Part shown: positions 56,938-60,781 of the stretch, piece after piece
Layout: every line of letters begins with the position of its first letter
How positions within the stretch are numbered: position 1 is the stretch's first letter
DNA from: an uncultured Haloferula sp.
GTDB lineage: Bacteria > Verrucomicrobiota > Verrucomicrobiia > Verrucomicrobiales > Akkermansiaceae
Assembly (NCBI GenBank): GCA_965652295.1
Contig: CBFGTS010000021.1
Span: 1-60,781 of the forward strand
Direction of reading: 5' to 3'
Length of the DNA: 60,781 nt
Notes under the pieces: generated by a model
The model's database searches: none
What the model was told of the DNA's origin: nothing
Seen by the model: the letters and a program-made list of their open reading frames with translations, nothing else
Program-made: the position numbers and the translations under genes

Positions 56938-58056
56938 ATGGCCCTCCGCATCGCAAACGCGATCATCCGTGGTGAAATCGACAACACCACTGAAGGCCGC
57001 ACCGTCGGCCGCCTCTGGCTCGTCGGTGCGGAAGAGCCGGTGGAGCTGGATCTGATCGGGGACTGCTGGCGGGATCTCGCGGGTGCCCGGCTGCGTTTTC
57101 TCAACCCCTCGCCGGGGGAGGCCGTCGATCTCCAGGCGCTCCAGAAGGGTCTCGTCGGCGACATGACGGCCTCGCGCAAGACCCGCATTCCGACCTGCGA
57201 CCCCGGAGACTGCCTCGCCCGCGAGGCCAAGGGAGAGCGCGTTCCCGCCGTGTGGAAAAACGAACTCTACCTCGAGTGGTTCGATGAAACCCAGGGGCGG
57301 GTGCTGCTTGAAACCTGCGACTATCAGGTGGAACTCGGCGAGGCGAAATGGTCGATGGACGAAGATGCCGAGGAGGCCCAGAAACTGGCGAACCTCCAGG
57401 CGATGAGGGATTTCCTCACCGGAATGATCGCCCGGCCAGAGCCCGGAGCCCTCACGGTGGATGACGAGTTCGCCTGGGAGCAGCGCTTGCAGCAAAGCGA
57501 CCGCCTGACCGATGCCTATCAGGAGGTGCTGGAAAAGTACATGGATGACCCTGATGCCGAACGGAAGGAGGCCTTCGTGATGGGCTGGGATGGCGTTCTC
57601 GGTGCCATGGCTGAAGAACGCGAACTCGCCCACCCCCGTCCAGACGAGCTCTTCGAGTTCGAGGAGGAGGGGTACGACGAAGAATCGGACGACGAGGATT
57701 ACGACTCCCACCCGCTTCAGGAACAGGCTCAGGAACTGGCCATCCGATCCATCGATCTGCTCCGTGAATGTCCCGGCGAAAGCGCCAGTGCCCAGTCCGT
57801 GGTCAGCTCCCTCTCCCTCGTCGCCGCCAAGCTCGCCGGGGCCCTGAACGGACACTATGAGCGGGAACAGGGATACGTCCTCGCCGTCCTCAAGCGTTGT
57901 CTCGACGCTCAGAATGACGCCCTCTCCGCCTGCGCCCGCCTGCTCGGCATCGGGGCAGACTCCGAGCAACGGGTCGCCGTGGAGTCCCTCCGTTCCGGAA
58001 TCTTCGACCTCCGCGGCAAGATCACCGAGATGCGGCGTGAGTTGAGCGGACGGTGA
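56938..58056 (+). CDS. Hypothetical protein with an acidic linker
   Basis: 372 aa; RGEIDN, GDCWRDLAG, GDMTASRK, LYLEWF blocks; ATG 56938. Confidence 0.8.
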   Translation: MALRIANAIIRGEIDNTTEGRTVGRLWLVGAEEPVELDLIGDCWRDLAGARLRFLNPSPGEAVDLQALQKGLVGDMTASRKTRIPTCDPGDCLAREAKGERVPAVWKNELYLEWFDETQGRVLLETCDYQVELGEAKWSMDEDAEEAQKLANLQAMRDFLTGMIARPEPGALTVDDEFAWEQRLQQSDRLTDAYQEVLEKYMDDPDAERKEAFVMGWDGVLGAMAEERELAHPRPDELFEFEEEGYDEESDDEDYDSHPLQEQAQELAIRSIDLLRECPGESASAQSVVSSLSLVAAKLAGALNGHYEREQGYVLAVLKRCLDAQNDALSACARLLGIGADSEQRVAVESLRSGIFDLRGKITEMRRELSGR

Positions 58057-58106
58057 AGGATACTTTCGGTATTGCAGCCTGGGATTTCCCGGATATCAGG
58101 AACGCC

Positions 58107-58280
58107 ATGACGAAGATCGCTACCGCCCTCCTGTTCGTTGTCGCCCTCACCTCCTGCAATACGATGATCGGCCTCGGCCGCGACTTCCGCCAGCTGGGCA
58201 CCGGCTTGGAGCACAAGGCGCACGGCCGCAACTTCGACGGCAGCGAGCCGGCACCCGCCGATCCCCTGCCCACTTACTGA
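58107..58280 (+). CDS. Entericidin EcnA/B-like small lipoprotein
   Basis: LTSC-NTMIGLGRDFRQLG matches the CNTxxGxGxD pattern. Confidence 0.75.
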   Translation: MTKIATALLFVVALTSCNTMIGLGRDFRQLGTGLEHKAHGRNFDGSEPAPADPLPTY

Positions 58281-58309
58281 GCATTCGCCCTCGGCCCGTC
58301 GGCCCAGCC

Positions 58310-58603
58310 TCACTTGGTGACGATCACCGCAGCGCCATGCGGGCTGCGGTATCCCTCGGTGTAGCCCCAGATGTAATCCCGGCGGTGGGCCGAAGGGAGC
58401 GTCGATGAATCCTCGTTGATGTGGGGATTGTGAGCGCGTCCGGCAAGGCGGTCGCCCCGCCCATCCGCGAAACCGCGGTCATACGCCTCGTTTTTGGTGT
58501 ATCCCGCTCCGGGGACACCGACCTCCGTCCTGAAAAAGGGGCGGCATGAACCCAGTACCGTGACCAGGAGGACCGGGAGAAGGAGGAACGTAGAGGCTTT
58601 CAT
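58310..58603 (-). CDS. Small lipoprotein
   Basis: LGSC lipobox; YDRGFADG and YIWGYTEGY repeats. Confidence 0.7.
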   Translation of the reverse strand: MKASTFLLLPVLLVTVLGSCRPFFRTEVGVPGAGYTKNEAYDRGFADGRGDRLAGRAHNPHINEDSSTLPSAHRRDYIWGYTEGYRSPHGAAVIVTK

Positions 58604-58795
58604 GGCTGAGATCTATTAGCGATTCCAAACAATTCCGTCCAGCAAAGCTTGGCGTGCCTTCCGGGCCAGGGTGATCAAGCTCGGGAGGGAGAGAACGGCA
58701 GATGCAGGGGATAAACACCGATGAGCGCCCATTCATCGCTCGTCGCCAGAATACTTCGAGGTGATTCCCGGTCGGACAGGCATTCTTCCGGGGAG

Positions 58796-58896
58796 GGAGG
58801 CACCGAGAGGAAGACGGAGGCCACGGAACCGCGAAACCTCTCATCCTGCCTTTCTCCGTGATCTCCGTAAATCTCCGCTACTCCGTGATTGAAAAA
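58796..58896. repeat. Dispersed ~100-bp palindromic element, copy 2
   Basis: catcctgcctttctccgtgatctcc, 24/25 identical to 28295-28319, with similar flanks. Confidence 0.7.
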
Positions 58897-59015
58897 GGCA
58901 GCTTCGGGCTTGGATTCCTGCATCAGCGTTCATCTGCGGGGAAATCGGAATGGCTGGGGCCCATCATCTTCCCTAGCTTGATCGCCCTGTGCTCCCGGCA
59001 AGCCTCCCACCGTGC

Positions 59016-60548
59016 CTAATGAAAAAGCGCCCGATCGAGCGAGCGGTATTGAATGGCCTCCAAAATTTGCGAGGAGCCGATTTTTTCCTCCCCGTCCAGA
59101 TCCGCCAAGGTCCTCGCCACCTTCAGAATCCGGTCGTGCGCTCGTGCCGAGAAGTTCAGCGTTTCCATCGCCTCCTCAAGGTAGCCGGAGCTTTCGGAAT
59201 CCAGAGCGCAATAGTCCCGAACCTGCCTGGGGGTCATCGCCGCATTCGTCCGCGTGCTGGTGCCACGAAATCGTTCCAGCTGCCCCTTTCGCGCGCCGAT
59301 CACCCGCTCGCGGATCACCATGGAAGGCTCCCCCGAGCTGCCGTCGGCCAGCTCGCGGTATTCCACCAAAGGCACCTCCACGTGCAGGTCGATCCGGTCG
59401 AGCAATGGCCCCGAAATCCGCTGCCGATAGGTTTCAATCTGCCGCGGCGAGCAACGACATTCACGCTTGCCATCACCGTAGTAGCCACAAGGGCATGGAT
59501 TCAAGGCAGCCACGACCATCGCCCGTGCGGGAAAGGTGATGGACCCTGCTGCCCGCGAAATCGTCACGTGTCCATCTTCCAAGGGTTGGCGGAGCACCTC
59601 CAGCGTCTGGCGCCGGAACTCGGGGAGTTCATCGAGAAACAACACCCCGTGGTGGGCCAGTGAAACCTCACCGGGTCCCGGGTTCGATCCCCCTCCGAGC
59701 AGCCCGGCATCGGAAATCGTGTGGTGCGGCGAGCGAAAGGGGCGCGAGGAAAGAAAGCCACGCTTCGGGTCGAGGAGCCCTGCGATCGACTGGATCTTCG
59801 TCACCTCGATCGCCTCGTCCTCGCTCATGCCCGGCATGATCGTCGGCAAACGCTTGGCCAGCATCGACTTGCCTGTCCCCGGCGGCCCCACCATCAGCAG
59901 GTTATGGCCGCCCGCCACCGCCACCTCCAGAGCGCGCTTCACGTGGTGCTGGCCCTTCACCTCACTGAAATCCACCTCGTAGCTGGAGGTCTCTTCAAAC
60001 AGCGCCTGGCGGTCCAGAACCAGCGGCGCGATCTCTTCCTCTCCCGTCAGATAGCGCCAAGCTTGATAAAAATTCCGGATCGGAATCACCTCGATCCCCT
60101 CGATCACCGCCGCTTCGCGGGCATTGGCTTGCGGTACCAGCACCCGTTTCCGGCCGCGGTTGCGGGCCTCGATCGCGATCGAAAGCACCCCTTTCACCGG
60201 CCTCACCGCCCCGTCCAACGCCAGCTCGCCCACCACGCAGATCTCCTCCGAGGGCACCTCCACCTCTTCCGAGGCCACGGCCATCGCCAACGCGATCGGG
60301 AGATCGAAGGAGGGCCCCTCCTTCTTCAAGTCCGCCGGTGCCAGGTTCACCGTCTTCACGCCATCCGCCAGCCGCACCGGCGAGACCCGGATGGCGGACG
60401 CCACCCGTTGCGACGACTCCCTCACCGCGGCGTCCGGCAGCCCGACGATCACGATCCGCGGTTCCTCCGAACTGCTGACGTTCACCTCCACCTCGACCTC
60501 AATGGCATCGACCCCTCTGAGTGCAGCTGCATAGACCCGGCTAATCAT
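59016..60548 (-). CDS. comM: ComM/YifB Mg-chelatase-like AAA+ ATPase
   Basis: [60 protein letters not shown]. Confidence 0.95.
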   Translation of the reverse strand: MISRVYAAALRGVDAIEVEVEVNVSSSEEPRIVIVGLPDAAVRESSQRVASAIRVSPVRLADGVKTVNLAPADLKKEGPSFDLPIALAMAVASEEVEVPSEEICVVGELALDGAVRPVKGVLSIAIEARNRGRKRVLVPQANAREAAVIEGIEVIPIRNFYQAWRYLTGEEEIAPLVLDRQALFEETSSYEVDFSEVKGQHHVKRALEVAVAGGHNLLMVGPPGTGKSMLAKRLPTIMPGMSEDEAIEVTKIQSIAGLLDPKRGFLSSRPFRSPHHTISDAGLLGGGSNPGPGEVSLAHHGVLFLDELPEFRRQTLEVLRQPLEDGHVTISRAAGSITFPARAMVVAALNPCPCGYYGDGKRECRCSPRQIETYRQRISGPLLDRIDLHVEVPLVEYRELADGSSGEPSMVIRERVIGARKGQLERFRGTSTRTNAAMTPRQVRDYCALDSESSGYLEEAMETLNFSARAHDRILKVARTLADLDGEEKIGSSQILEAIQYRSLDRALFH

Positions 60549-60617
60549 ACGAACAGGTCTTTGTTAGCAGCCGCGCTCGATTCACCAAGGCAGAAATTGG
60601 CCAAGCCAGGTCGAGCC

Positions 60618-60726
60618 TCACTCCATCGCCTGCACCCGCAGCGCCTTCAACGAAGACAACTCCGCCGTCAACTCACGAATCGCCGCGCCCCGCTCTTGCG
60701 TTTTGATCCGAAGTGCTCCGCCGTGC
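60618..60726 (-). pseudogene. Frameshifted C-terminal remnant of a probable REP-associated (Y1) transposase
   Basis: EHFGSKRKSGARR / frameshift / IRELTAELSSLKALRVQAME*; resemblance recalled, not searched. Confidence 0.35.
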
Positions 60727-60781
60727 TGTAGTGCCCCCTCCCAAGTTGGACAGCCTTTGTTCTTATTCAGGCTGCGTTGTT
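60727..60781 (-). mobile_element. End of a probable IS3-family element (runs off the window)
   Basis: TGTAGTGCCCCCTCCCAAGTTGGACAG terminal-repeat-like sequence with a TG end; minus-strand ORF tail NNAA* stops at 60767. Confidence 0.55.

Overview
High-GC bacterial chromosome segment. Gene content and style (PEP-CTERM-type protein, membrane Ser/Thr kinases, short IF2, leaders lacking Shine-Dalgarno sites) suggest Verrucomicrobiota, Haloferula/Luteolibacter-like; this is inference. Most of the window is housekeeping: sufS-sufE, nusA-infB-rbfA, RlmD-type methylase, truA, rpsA, rpmE, tRNA-Lys(UUU), lpxA, sod, serS, rph, thiL, trmL, rseP and comM, plus signalling and transport genes. The most unusual part is the 1.6-kb apparently non-coding tract at 23141-24650. 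It holds tRNA-Lys, then three ~180-bp tandem units that each restart with the tRNA 3' end and carry an antisense copy of the T-arm. After these come seven hairpins with C5-C7 loops in three modules on both strands; G-U wobbles indicate the strand of two modules and two end in U-tails. This is a candidate undescribed C-loop sRNA cluster. Other items: an in-frame amber codon in a CPA2 antiporter, an attC-like two-gene islet bracketed by inverted repeats, a rimP-type leader without rimP, a predicted pseudoknot in the rpsA leader, a CheB/CheR-deleted sensor kinase, several REP-like families, a 35-aa membrane ORF, and an IS3-like end cutting a transposase remnant at the right edge. All calls come from motif reading by eye; no searches were run.
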